Assembly (NCBI RefSeq): GCF_036321535.1
Contig: NC_087437.1
Location: 117,306,001 to 117,370,000 of the forward strand
DNA length: 64,000 nucleotides
Source: Camelus dromedarius
Lineage: Eukaryota
Direction of reading: 5' to 3'
The notes under the pieces are model-generated. The model was given only the letters and a program-made list of their open reading frames with translations. It had not been told where the DNA came from and did not search any database. Below are positions 53,019-64,000 of this stretch, one piece after another. Numbering within the stretch: the stretch's first letter is position 1; the number at the start of each line of letters is the position of its first letter. A program made the position numbers and the translations under genes.

Positions 53019-53221
53019 GTTTTTGTGGCTGCCTCCTGTCGGGCTTCAGAGGTAGCTGTGGGTGATGAACGCCATGGAGAGGAAGTGCTCCCACAGCTAG
53101 AGGAAGTGGCAGCTGCAGGGCGGTCTACGTGCGCCCCGGAGAATGCAGGTCTGCGCGCCGGGAGGCGGCTCTGCCGAGGCTGCACTGCTTCTGGGCCACT
53201 CCTGCTGTGCTGACAAATCAG
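53019..53221 (+). other. B3GALT5: Probable internal non-coding 5'UTR exon of B3GALT5
   Basis: Acceptor ttttttgcttgtttgtag|G and donor CAG|gtaggc around a non-repetitive GC/CpG-enriched 203-nt block. No transcript evidence available. Confidence 0.55.
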
Positions 53222-55407
53222 GTAGGCTTTTGAATTTTGTGTTTGGACAGCCATGGTTTATTATTGGATGTGCACTATTTTCTGAACCAAGATTATCTTC
53301 CATCCTCTTAATCATCGTAAGCCTACCTCCTGGAGCCAGAGGGCAGAGGCTGCAACTTGTACCGTGGGGACCATTAGCTCCCCATCTTTCTTCTCTGCAC
53401 GGCTTTTTGTTCCCCTTCATGCTAAAGCATCCTGACAGAGGTTTCTGAGCGTTACCCAAACACCCCACGCTTTGCCTCTAGTAGCCCATCAGCCTCCCCC
53501 GTGTGAACGGTGGCGGGTGAAAGCCTTAATGTCACTTCTTCCTCTTCCATTGAAATAAGCCAGGTTCTACTTCTTCTGAGCAGTAAATGAAGTTGTTTGA
53601 AAGGCACATAAAGCCGAAATACCTAACGTGCTGAAAAATTTTGCAAACCTGTTTCATCCTCAGGAGAGGCCGCAGAAACCAAGCGCTCGTTTTCAGGTCA
53701 GGAACTGTATCCCAGTTACAAAGAAGCACCGTTTAGCTTTTGGAGACCTGGGCAACTTCTCTGTTGGTTCATTCACATCTTTCCTTTGGGCTTCTTTGTG
53801 TCAAATACTACGAGTCAGCAGCTGCGACAACGGTGGAAAACACAGAAAGTGGCCCCTGCTGTGTCTTTTTGGAGTTACTGACCAGTGGGAAGGGTGGGCG
53901 GTCGCCCAAGGTTTGCACAAAGAAATGATAAAATCCCATGGATAAAACTGATAACATAGCATCCGGTGAGTGGCATGGGGAGTGAAGGATCCCGGCTGCA
54001 AGGGGGACGCAGCAGGAGTGGGGTGCGGGGGGAGGGGGAGGGGAAACGCGCACAAAGCAGGACATTTGTACAGGAGGGAAGGAGAGAGTCTATTTAAGGA
54101 TCTGAAAGGGAACAAGTGTGGCCTGAGAGCAGAAGCAGAAGGGAAGTCAGCCAGAACAGAGACTACACGACGTGGGCTGATGGATGAGGAACTCGTGGAC
54201 GGGTGGATGGTCCTGTTGAAGATCGGCTGAGCTCGTTTGTCAAGAAATGAAAGTTCAAGCCATAGGGAGTTAGGGTGCGTTACAGACAGCACTGCCCCAC
54301 CTGAATGCTCCCTGCTGTTCCCACGGCCTCTCGTTCAGGGCAGGTCCTAGAAACTGAAGGCTGGACAGGCCATGTTTCCGGAGTGATCACCCTCCTTTAT
54401 TTTAATTATTTTTCTTCCCTGCTGGTGGTTTGCATGCTGAATTCCTGTCACTCTCAGATTCTGTCTTGAGACCTGACTCAAGCACCCAAGCTTCTGTGGC
54501 CCTGTCACTTAGACCGCCAGCGCCCAGAATAATCAGGGAGAAGGGGTTCTTAGGGAGGAACCGCTTGTGCTTGTTTTCAAAGTGACTTCTATGGGGCTAA
54601 AAAACGTTATCTTTCCTTTATGTCACCAGCCCAGACAATCAAAGAGTTTTCCCCAAACTTTCAGGTTTTTCTAACCTGGTTTTTACACAGAATAATCAGC
54701 AACCGTGTTTGTGACGATCTGCTCTATGCTTTTCTGGTCTATTATTAATTTGTTTTGTTCCATTTTTGGCTAGAAAAAAAGCCCCAATTCTTGGCTTATT
54801 GAAGTAGTCAGAAGCTTATTATTTTTAAGCCCATGGTAGACTGGCCTTCTTAAGTCTATGAGCACAAGTTTTTGTTCCTTTTGACACTGTGGATGAAACT
54901 GTTTAGTAAAGTTGAAATTGTTCAGTGCTATTTGGGCTATTCAGGAAAGAATGCTTCAGAGGTTTAAAAGAATCTGGTTTCAAAATACTTTGAGTTGCGC
55001 TCTTGGTTTCTTAAGAATTGGGAGCTGCACGTAAAGACACTTTTTTGGGTTTTTGTTTGTGTTTTTGTAAACAAGGCTTCAGCAGAGGGTAGATTGCAGA
55101 GCAAGGGTCCGGAAGCTGAACAGAGCACAGACCCCCTCCACTCCCATCTCTGTCTTACTGTCGGAGTTCGAATCTTGAGGTCCGGTGGGGCGCTCTTCTC
55201 CATCTCTGGGACAGAAGAAGAGACAGACGGCCCAGAAATAGAGCTTCGCAGGGAGAAGCACACCGATGGCCTGGAAAAGGGCGGTGCTTCCCTCTGCGCA
55301 GCAGTTTACGTGACTGAGGGAAATCCAAGGAGACCCCGGGAACATTCACAGTGACCAGTACTGCCTATCAGAGAGTCGGTGCCCTGGCAATGTTGGGAGG
55401 TGGTCCC

Positions 55408-55700
55408 TGCTGTGGACTGAATTTTGTCCCCCCCCAACCCATATGTATTTGATAGTGTGTGGAGTTGGGCCTTTTGTGGGGTAATTGGATTTAGATTTAA
55501 TGCACTCGCCCTGCCTCTGTCTCTCTGTCTCTCTCTCCCCCTCTCTCCCCCCATCTCTTCACCCCTGCCGGACGAGGGCTCTCGCCAGAACCCTGGCAGC
55601 CTGGTTTCTGACTCCCAGCCTCCAGAACTGTGAGAAAGTAAATGTCGGTGGTTTAAGCCTCTTTGTCTATGGCATTTTGTTATGACAGCCTGACGTGCTT
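55408..55700 (+). mobile_element. MaLR LTR (MLT1A-like), internally deleted
   Basis: tgctgtggactgaattttgtcccc...cagcctccagaactgtgagaaa...ctatggcattttgttatgacagcc. Confidence 0.8.
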
Positions 55701-56146
55701 CAATGTCAACCCCTAGAATGCCTTCCTAAAGCTCAGAAGTCATTGATTCTGAGATTGATGGTCACTGGTATGAATCTCTGGGCTCTGCTTCCCCAGTGCT
55801 TGGTTTAATGGGAGCTACCATACTCAAAGTCAGCAGGAGGCTTCTCTGTTGTATTAGGGATGGAGGAAAGAGGCCCCCTTGGGCCCCAGACTTAGCAGTC
55901 CCTAAAGCCTAGACCCCTGCGGACCGACCACTGATGTCCTCATAAAAGCCAGGCTCCTCCCATGCTCCTCCAGGCCACGCCGAGCTGCCCTGCCGGCCTC
56001 CAGCCTCACTTCCAAGCTTCCCCCCAACGCCTGCTGCCTGTTTCTGGAACCCACCAGGCTTTTTTAGATTCCTGCCTCTGCCCGTGTGCCTCCCCAGGGC
56101 AGCCACCCTGAACATCCTCAGGGGGACCTCTGTTCTCTCTTCCACC

Positions 56147-56594
56147 CTGTCTGAGTAAAGCCAGAGCTGGACCACAGCTACAGTGGCAGAAGCAGATTTT
56201 ACTCCAGTACTATCAGGGGAATTGAGACCTCGGTGTAGAGCTGGGCTCAGCTCTGAATACAGCCCAGACACGGGGTATTTGTAGCCAAGGGCCAGGTTGG
56301 GGGATCAGCGGATGGGAAATCACTGGGAAGAGACATCAGGGGTTGGGGGATTCTGGCTAAACTGAACTTGACGAGATTCTGGCTGAAGGCAGCCCAGGGT
56401 GATCAGACACCAAGCCTGGGGGGATGAGGCGTTTGATCAGATATCATGGGTGGGGGGTTCTGGCGAGACCCACTTCACAGGGTTCTTGCTGAAATTGGCT
56501 GATGCATAGATGACATGGGAGCCCAAGGCTGAGGCTTCGCCGAGAAGGGGGTTCAGAGGAGCCTGACTGAGGTTTGCTCAGGGAGGGTCTGCCA
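56147..56594 (-). mobile_element. MER31-like ERV1 LTR
   Basis: Reverse complement carries agtcaggctcctctga, agcaagaa, cagtttagccagaatcccc and gatatctgatcaaa blocks of MER31. Confidence 0.7.
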
Positions 56595-57744
56595 GGATCA
56601 CACACCTCCTTGCTGGGTTGTGCCACAGCTCGTCCTGCGGGCTGCAAACCCCTCCAAAGTTTGTCTCCTTCATCCTTGGACTGCGGGCACCTGGACCCCG
56701 GCCTGCCACAGAGGAGGTGCCCAGAAGAGGTTTTCCGGGGCCGGAAAAGGGTCTGGGATGAGGGCGCAGTGCTCTCTCCCCACTGACAGCCAGGGCCCGT
56801 TACGAAAGCTCTCCCAGTGCGACGTGCTCCTGTCTTAGCTGGTCAGCCTCCAAAGACGGGCGCAGGCTGCCCCCGAGACCATGCCAGTGGGGACACTTCC
56901 CCAGCATAATTTCCTCCGGCCTTCGGCAGCATGAAAGCTACATGATGAATGGGATTTTTGTCCACGGTTCTGGCCTGAGCTGATGAGGTGATGGGAGAGG
57001 CAGTGAAAGCCACTATTCCTCATGTGGCTGGGAATTTCAAATTCCCTCCTGACGAAAGAGGAGGTCGCAGGTGCCCTCTAAACGCCTCTGTGTGCAGACC
57101 TCGGCCACTGGCTCGGTGACGACCCACAGAGTCAAAGGCAGGTGGTGTGAATGGTCACAGCCCAAGGATACTGCCTGGGGGGCTCAGCTGGGCGGCCACA
57201 GGAGCCAGGCTAGACGGCTTAGAACATGTTTTAAACAGGAGAGGGGTTGACAGAGTGGACGGTTTATTTCAGTAAGTAGGAATATTAAAAAAAAAAAAGA
57301 AAAAACACCTGTCAGCTACCATCACCACTTTTTTTCCCATAAAATTGAAAAACATATTTTAGAAAAAAAATGTGGTGAAAATGTGCAGCTCACAAAGGTT
57401 CCAGTCCACCTCAGCCCTGACTCCCAGGCCCCAGAGGGGAAGTCGGATAAAAGCAACAGCAAAAACCTTAAAGCGCCTGCAAATGGGACGGTGATCTCAC
57501 CCATGGCCTCAGACATCCACGATGCCATCTTCCCTCTCCTGGAGTCACTGTCGCTAGTTTTGAGGTGTGACCATCCCTCGGCTCAGGTGTGTGAGCCCGT
57601 CTGCAGGTAAGCAGGTGACCCCGAGCACCAGAGCAGGACTAGTACTGTGAGGGCTGGCATCTCGGATGGGAAAAGAATTACGTTATTGTTTCCATGAGCC
57701 TTTAACTGAAATGCAGTGCTTTCTTCCATCATGAATATGGGCGC

Positions 57745-58236
57745 TGTGTTAATTTCCTGGGGCTGTGGTAGCAGAGGACCACAGGCTGAGGCCTTCCGAC
57801 CAGACGCGACCCAGATCCGGCAGTGTGGCCGTAGACAGACAACAGATGTTTATTCCCTCACAGTCTAGAGGCCAGAAGTTGGAGGTCACGGTGTGCGCAG
57901 GGCCGGTTCCTTCTGAGGCTGCGAGGGAGAGTCTGTCGCAGGCTCTCCCCCAGCTTCTGGGGGCTGCTGGCATCCTTGAGGCTCCTCGGCCTGTGGAAGC
58001 ATCACCCCGACCTCTGCCTCCGTCTCCACGTGGCGTTCTCCCTGTGTGCTCATTTGTGTCCAAATGCCCTCTTTTAATGAGAACACCAGTCACAACTCGA
58101 TTAGGGCCCCCTCTAAGTGACCTCCTTGTAACTTAGTAAAGACACTCTCTCCAAATAAGGTCATATTCCTCGGTACTGGGGGTCAGGACTCCAACGTTTG
58201 AATTTGGAGGGTGGGGGCACAATTTACCCCCTAAAA
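57745..58236 (-). mobile_element. MaLR solo LTR (MLT1C-like)
   Basis: tgtgttaatttcctggggctg...tcacagtctagaggccagaagt...ccaaataaggtcatattc; TSD ggcgc/ggcac. Confidence 0.85.
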
Positions 58237-58803
58237 GGCACTGACCCGCTCGGGAGAAGAGCCTGTGATCTTGTCTCCAAGAAGATTCATTGGTATTTTC
58301 ACAACATAATAGTCATTGTGGACACTCTCAAATATGGGCGAAACTCATGCTGCCTTCAAAATTAAGATAATTATTCAACATGAAGCTAGAAATTATTATC
58401 AGATACAGAGCTGAATAAGGGCATTCTGGCACAGAATATTGCTCGGGCACACTATAAAAAATATTTTGATGAATTTATGTCAGCATAGTTGATTTCCCCT
58501 GGACTCCCATATGTTTGGGTTTATGAACTGTGTTGGAAGCAGTCGTGGTCTAAAAATGTTTGTGGAGGGTTTGTAGCTCTTCCCCAGCTTCCACAGAGAA
58601 CTGCAGCATCTTAAGCTGATTCGTGATGGAAACTGGAGCAGGTCCTGATTTAACAATCAGTGAAATACTGAAGCACCCTTACAGCAACCTCACCCTGTGA
58701 CCAAGGAGCCCGCCTTCCGTATCTGGCCAGCTGATGTTTTAAATAAGCCAATACTGTTTTAGAGTTTACGGAATAAGCCAACCCTGGACTTTACTTCCTG
58801 GGG

Positions 58804-59110
58804 TGATACTAATCCTATTTTTAATTTTCTGTATATTATGATGTTTTGACATCTTAAAAAACCTTTCTGGCTGGGGAGAAGAGCTAGCCAGTTCTTAGAG
58901 ATAACAAAGTGCCCAGCCGGAAGCAGGGCTTTACGCACATGGGAACCCATCTGAAGCCACCCTTCCTCTCTGTGGCCCTGGGGCCCCAGGAGAATATTCC
59001 TCTGTCTCAATCTTCCCAGGGCCAGGTGCCAGGCAACTAAGGGCACCTCTTTAGTTCAAGGCCCGCCAAAATTATTCAGATTAGCCAGTCCTAAAGAGTT
59101 CACTCCGCCT
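58804..59110 (+). mobile_element. MER74-like (ERV-L class) LTR, 3'-truncated
   Basis: attttctgtat...gatgttttgacatctt; gctagccagttcttagagata; cccagggccaggtgccag; aaattattcagattagccagtcctaa. Confidence 0.6.
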
Positions 59111-61849
59111 TATCTGGAAGGGCCCCAGGCCTTTGTCCCTGTGAGATCTGGGATCTGCTGCCCCCACGGCACGGGTCACCATCCTCAAAGAGAATGACCC
59201 CAGCGTGTCCTGTTTCAAAGGCAGGTCTCCTTGTGGTCACTTACTTTGCTGTTGTCCTCCATCCCACCCTTGGAGACCTGTGACTCAATACTTAGTAAGA
59301 AATAAACAAGGAGCAGTTGATCCCACCCGCTAAAGCCCCAGGGAGGCTTCTCAGCTCAGTTTTGACCACACGTCTCCCAGCTCACATCCTCAGGCACTTT
59401 TAGGTGTGGTGACCTACCAGCCCGCTCAATCTCCTCCTTAAACCAAATAGCCACAAGATCAGGATCCTGCCCACCGCAGGGACCACTTGGGACTGTGAAG
59501 AGCTTATCAGGTCAACATGCAAAAGGAGAAAAAAACAGACAAATGATGGCTGGGGATGGACAGGAGATGCAAAAGGAAAAGAAAATGAAAAAAGAAAAGT
59601 TAAGTGGCCTAGAGATACCAGCCAACCCGCCATTCTGAAAGATTTTGAGGGAAAAATAAAAGGGGAAGGGCTCATCCTAGGGCAAGGTCCCTGCAGACAC
59701 GGGGCCTCCCTGCTGTCTTCTGATCCGCCTGAGAGAGGAACGGAAGACACGACTTCAGGTGGCTAAAACCTGAAACAGAAGACAAACCAGCCCGCCTCAA
59801 ATACAGCTTTAGGAGGCTACAAGCCCAAGAGAGAGAAAAGAGAGAACTTGAAACTTCATTTACTGAACAAATGCCTGGTCTGACCAACATTACTCAAGCC
59901 CTAGGTTACTTAATGATTTCAAAACATACTGCTAGATGCAGAGGGAGAAATCAAGAGGCAATCAAATAAATTATAGATACACAGAATACTTTAATATAAA
60001 TGTATGTTATGTAACCATGAAAGCAAGTTTATGATTAAAATGTTTACTATATTAATGAATGTTGACATTGAACAGATTTTTTATTATTTATAATATTAAA
60101 TATTTAATTAATAATATAATAAAAGTGATTATCTATCATTATATTATTAAATTAAATCAAAGCTTTTATATAAATAGGTACTAAGTTATAAAGAATTATG
60201 CAATGAAACAATGTTTCATAAACTGATCCAATTAAAAACCCAACATTTATATAATTAAAAAAATTGTATGACAAAAAAAAGACACTGGTTGGCTTTTGTG
60301 ACTGGCTTTTTGTGCTCTCTCTGGCCTCAGAGTGGATCATTGCTGTCCGCTCCAGATCTTTCCCTTCAGATCCGGGAAGCCACCCCCACCAACCCTCTTG
60401 AACTTAACTTTCCAGACCTTCCCCCTCTGGCTTTCCAGCCCTCGGGGATGTGGACTTCGGGATGCCTTTGTCTCCAGGCCTTATAACCGTAGGTCCTTTA
60501 GCAGAAGCTGGAGTCCCTGGTCCTGTGTCACAGCATATAGACTCAGTCAAAGATGCAAATGCTTTGTAGTGGGGATTCCCAGGTACCAGCTGCGGAGAGT
60601 GTTTCTTGGTCACTGCACGGTAGGTAGGAAATTTGTTCCAACCGCACATGAAAGCGAGCGGCCCCAGGGAGCTCTGGCCAGTCTGGCCGCGGGGCGTGGT
60701 GCTTGCTCGGCCTCCTGCATGCCGTTTGGCGCCCGGCTAGAGACCAGAGCCGTGGCTGAGCCGAGCATCCCCTCCTGGGGACTGAGATTCATTCATGCGA
60801 AGGATCCCAGGAAGAGGCACAGGAGAGGGGATGAGAGCCAAGCTTTACTGCTGAGCCAGCTGCTGAGGGAGAGCCAACTCATCCAGGGAAGGAAGCAAAA
60901 TAGAACAGAGAAATAATTGCATCTTTTTTCTGCGTTGGCTCTTAAGTTTCTCTCGCAAATGTATTGTGGGAAAAAATGCAGTTTGGTTCCCTTTACCCCT
61001 GCCCCCTGCCCCTGCTTCCCCTCCTCCCCACCGCCAAGATACACCACGCATCTGAGCCCTTCAGTAAACAAGCTCGCAAAGAAAGGGGTAGAATTCTTGG
61101 CACCCTGCAGGCTAAGACGCACCCTCAAAGTCCCTTTGCTTATGGCGGTGATTCCTCTGAAGTTGGTGGGGGCTCCAGCTGGTCAGGCATCCCACGGGGC
61201 GCCCAGAACAGGAGCTGGCCTGAGTCAGCCTCCAGAGAGTCGGCTAGTTCTGCAAAGCTCCATCCTTGTTCCATTTCTCTTGTGGGGAATGAATTTGGAA
61301 CAGTTTTCCACTTGGTGAAATTTCGAGGTCCTCTTTTGCCATCAAAGTAACCAACCCTTTCTTCATTTCACTTGGCCACTTTCTTTTCGTGCTGGCCCCT
61401 CTGTCCTCTCGCTCAGGGTAACATTCTGAAAACGGACACTGAGTTGAGAATTGATGGGTTTCTTTCCTGTGTTAGGTTCTTTAAGCATCAGCTACAGACT
61501 CTGTTATGTAGAGAAGCTAAGTTATCAATATGAGAAGTTGGACTGTGATTGACTTATGATTACAGGTCTCCTTAAAAAGCTCTGGGTGTTGTCCTAACCC
61601 ATTAGGCCAAAGAGATTCTCAGATATTCTCATGCTGTTATTATTATTGTTGACAGGTGAACCATGTGGTGGGGTTTGTCTTGATCATACCCATTTTACAG
61701 ATAAGAAAAGTGAGGCTGAGATTCAACTTCTCATAGGTACGTAGGGCATTGGTCCTACAGCAAATGCTTCAGCCCAACAAATGGTGAAGAGCTGCTGGTG
61801 AGGCATGAGTGACTGGAGCAACACTATTCTTTTTTGTTTTTCCTTATAG

Positions 61850-62020
61850 GGTTTCCTGAGGAAGAGAATCATCTTTTTTTTTTTTTTTGGTAAACAAACC
61901 AAGCCCAGAAGCTGATAGTTCCGGACATCGTACGCTGACAGCTCTTTGGAAGGAATTTCCTCTTGGAATCTACCCTTTGGCTTAGTTTTCAAAACAGAGG
62001 TTCATCTCACCCAAGAAAGA
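61850..62020 (+). other. B3GALT5: B3GALT5 5'UTR exon immediately upstream of the coding exon
   Basis: Acceptor tttttgtttttccttatag|G at 61849/61850, donor AGA|gtgagt at 62020/62021. Exon end (ttttcaaaacagaggttcatctcaccc) resembles the recalled human cDNA just before the ATG. 657-nt intron to the coding exon. Confidence 0.8.
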
Positions 62021-62677
62021 GTGAGTTATTTGCTTTCTTAATGTTATAAGGCTGATGTGGATGATCCTGGATTTGTCGAGAATAAAAGAGATGGGTGAGC
62101 AGAAGATGAAAGAATCAGGAGATTATAAAAAGAAACCTAAAAACCAAACCAAAACAAAAAACAGCCACTGCCAGCAGGAATGGAATTCAAAGGCAGTTGT
62201 GGCGCATCTGAAAACTGGTCTTGCATCTCTCTGGGAGTGATGAAATGGTGCTTAAATCAATTAGAGAAGATTGCCAATGGCCCATCCTTTAGAGCTAGAA
62301 AGCCTGGTTTCCAGCCTTGCAGGCTCTCCAGCTGGATGCCATTGTGGAGTCAGTCCAGGCAGCACTGGCAGAACTTAGTGATGTGCTTCCGTATCCTTCT
62401 AGATTAGGAATCTGACGCTCCCATGGGTGAAGGCTGGCTAGCTCTGGAACCAGGACCAGTGCCCAGTTCCCTGTAGTCCTGATCTCCCACCGTGGAGGGA
62501 AAGATGCTGCCTCAGTGTGGGACCACAGCACTCCACTTCTGGGTGCAGTGAGATTCCAGAGTTTTCAAAACATGAGCCGTGAAACATGGATCTCTTTCCC
62601 CATCTCAGCCTCCCCGGGGAAAGCTAAACTTACCCTCCTGCTTTCGAGGTCTGACTGTTTGACTTTGTTCCTTTCAG

Positions 62678-63613
62678 ATGGCTTGTGTGAAGATGAGGTG
62701 GATTTATGTTTCCCTGGTGGTCCTGGGAGTCCTTTGTCTGTATCTTAGCCCGTACACTCTGAATCCTTTTGAAGAAGATTCATTTGTTTTCAAGAAAGAA
62801 AGTGGGAACTTCCTTCAGCTCCCAGATACAGACTGCAGGCAGGATCCCCCCTTCCTTGTCCTGCTGGTGACTTCGTCCCCCGAACAGGCATATGCTCGCA
62901 TGATCATCCGGGACACATGGGGAAGAGAACAGACCGTGATGGGAAAACAAATAAAAACATTCTTCCTCTTGGGAACCACGCCCGATAAGGACATCTCGAA
63001 AAAAGTGGCCCAGGAGATCCAGCAGCACCGCGATGTTGTCCAGAAGGACTTCTTGGACGTTTATTTCAATCTGACTCTGAAGACCATGATGGGCTTAGAG
63101 TGGGTCCATCGCCTCTGTCCCCAGGCCGCTTTCGTGATGAAAACAGACACCGACATGTTTATTAACGTCTACTATCTGACCGAGCTGCTTCTCAAGAGAA
63201 ACAGGACAAGTCGGTTTTTCACTGGCTACTTAAAACTGAACGAATTTCCCATTAGGAGTAGGTACAGTAAGTGGTTTGTGAGTAAACAGGAATATCCGTG
63301 GGACAAGTACCCACCCTTTTGCTCCGGCACCGGCTACGTCTTCTCCAGCGACGTGGCGAGTCAGGTGTACAATGTGGCTGAGAGCGTCCCGTTCATTAAG
63401 CTCGAAGATGTCTTTGTGGGGCTCTGCCTGGAAAAACTGAAAATCAAACTGGAGGAACTTCATTCTGAGCAGACTTTCTTCCCCAATGGGTTACCCTTCA
63501 CCACGTGCCGTTATAAGAGGATCGTGGCCTGTCATCATATCAAGCCTCAAGATATCCTGAAGTATTGGCAGGCTCTGGAAAGTTCCTGGGAAGAAGAATG
63601 TCCACATAGCTGA
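62678..63613 (+). CDS. B3GALT5: Beta-1,3-galactosyltransferase 5 (GT31 family, type II Golgi membrane protein), single coding exon, 311 aa
   Basis: Intact ORF: short N-tail, hydrophobic anchor (WIYVSLVVLGVLCLYL), PPFLVLLVTSS, IRDTWG, QKDFLDVYFNLTLKTMMG, DxD motif (KTDTDMF, D157-T-D159), YPPFCSGTGYVFS, KLEDVFVGLCL. Closely matches the recalled human B3GALT5 protein. ATG follows a pyrimidine tract and AG (tttgttcctttcag|ATG). Confidence 0.97.
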   Translation: MACVKMRWIYVSLVVLGVLCLYLSPYTLNPFEEDSFVFKKESGNFLQLPDTDCRQDPPFLVLLVTSSPEQAYARMIIRDTWGREQTVMGKQIKTFFLLGTTPDKDISKKVAQEIQQHRDVVQKDFLDVYFNLTLKTMMGLEWVHRLCPQAAFVMKTDTDMFINVYYLTELLLKRNRTSRFFTGYLKLNEFPIRSRYSKWFVSKQEYPWDKYPPFCSGTGYVFSSDVASQVYNVAESVPFIKLEDVFVGLCLEKLKIKLEELHSEQTFFPNGLPFTTCRYKRIVACHHIKPQDILKYWQALESSWEEECPHS

Positions 63614-63879
63614 GGGGAGCCCCAGGCACATATGGACACACTTCGGACAACTCCTGGTGATGGTTTTTGAAAGATCTTGGGTGGTGTTGCTAAGACTCCT
63701 CAGGGGGCAGGGAGGGAGTGAGGAAGGAGGAGGCAGAAGAAGAGGGGGCCGGAGCGGAAGCCTGAACCACACGGCTGAGGAACCCCCACTTGGCGCCCTG
63801 AGCGATAACAGACAGCACCTCTTGAGTACCTACCTGTTGCACTGTGTCTGGTGGACACCTGCGTGGTTTCCTTTCAGGG

Positions 63880-63990
63880 GTCAGCATCCTCCAGAGGTGG
63901 CAGGTGGTACCATCCCCATATTACCCAGAAGGAAACAGCAGCTTCGAGAGGAACCGGAACCTGTGCCAAGGCGTAGGACCGACAGACACT
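63880..63990 (-). mobile_element. MIR fragment downstream of the CDS
   Basis: catccccatattacccagaaggaaac...gagagg...acctgtgccaagg. Confidence 0.5.
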
Positions 63991-64000
63991 GGAGCAGGGA

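Noticed and set aside
60332..60916. 194-aa ORF, the longest after B3GALT5
   Set aside because: Non-ATG start, no recognisable domain, intronic position; consistent with chance in GC-rich DNA.
1..64000. CRISPR arrays, operons or other prokaryotic systems
   Set aside because: The sequence is mammalian; I saw no regularly spaced repeats or dense coding regions.

Overview
Mammalian (eutherian) genomic DNA, most likely a camelid, judged from three tRNA-derived Vic-1-type SINEs and camelid-style L1 3' ends. The only protein-coding sequence I can support is B3GALT5 (beta-1,3-galactosyltransferase 5): a single-exon 311-aa ORF at 62678..63613 (+). It is preceded by a plausible spliced 5'UTR: exon 1 in a CpG island (donor at 34454), exon 2 at 53019..53221 and exon 3 at 61850..62020. 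The rest is intergenic or intronic and dense in interspersed repeats (L1, L2, MIR, MaLR/MLT1, MLT2, ERV solo LTRs, MER2, MER20). Most interesting: a MER41-family solo LTR in intron 1 that retains GAS (STAT), ARE/AP-1 and YY1 motifs; a strong-Kozak uORF in the 5'UTR; a decayed two-LTR provirus with nested insertions; and a tail-less internal 5S rRNA fragment inside an L1. Repeat family names and comparisons with human come from recalled consensus sequences, not a database search. I found no convincing evidence of a wholly new biological system, and the other ORFs in the track look spurious or repeat-derived.
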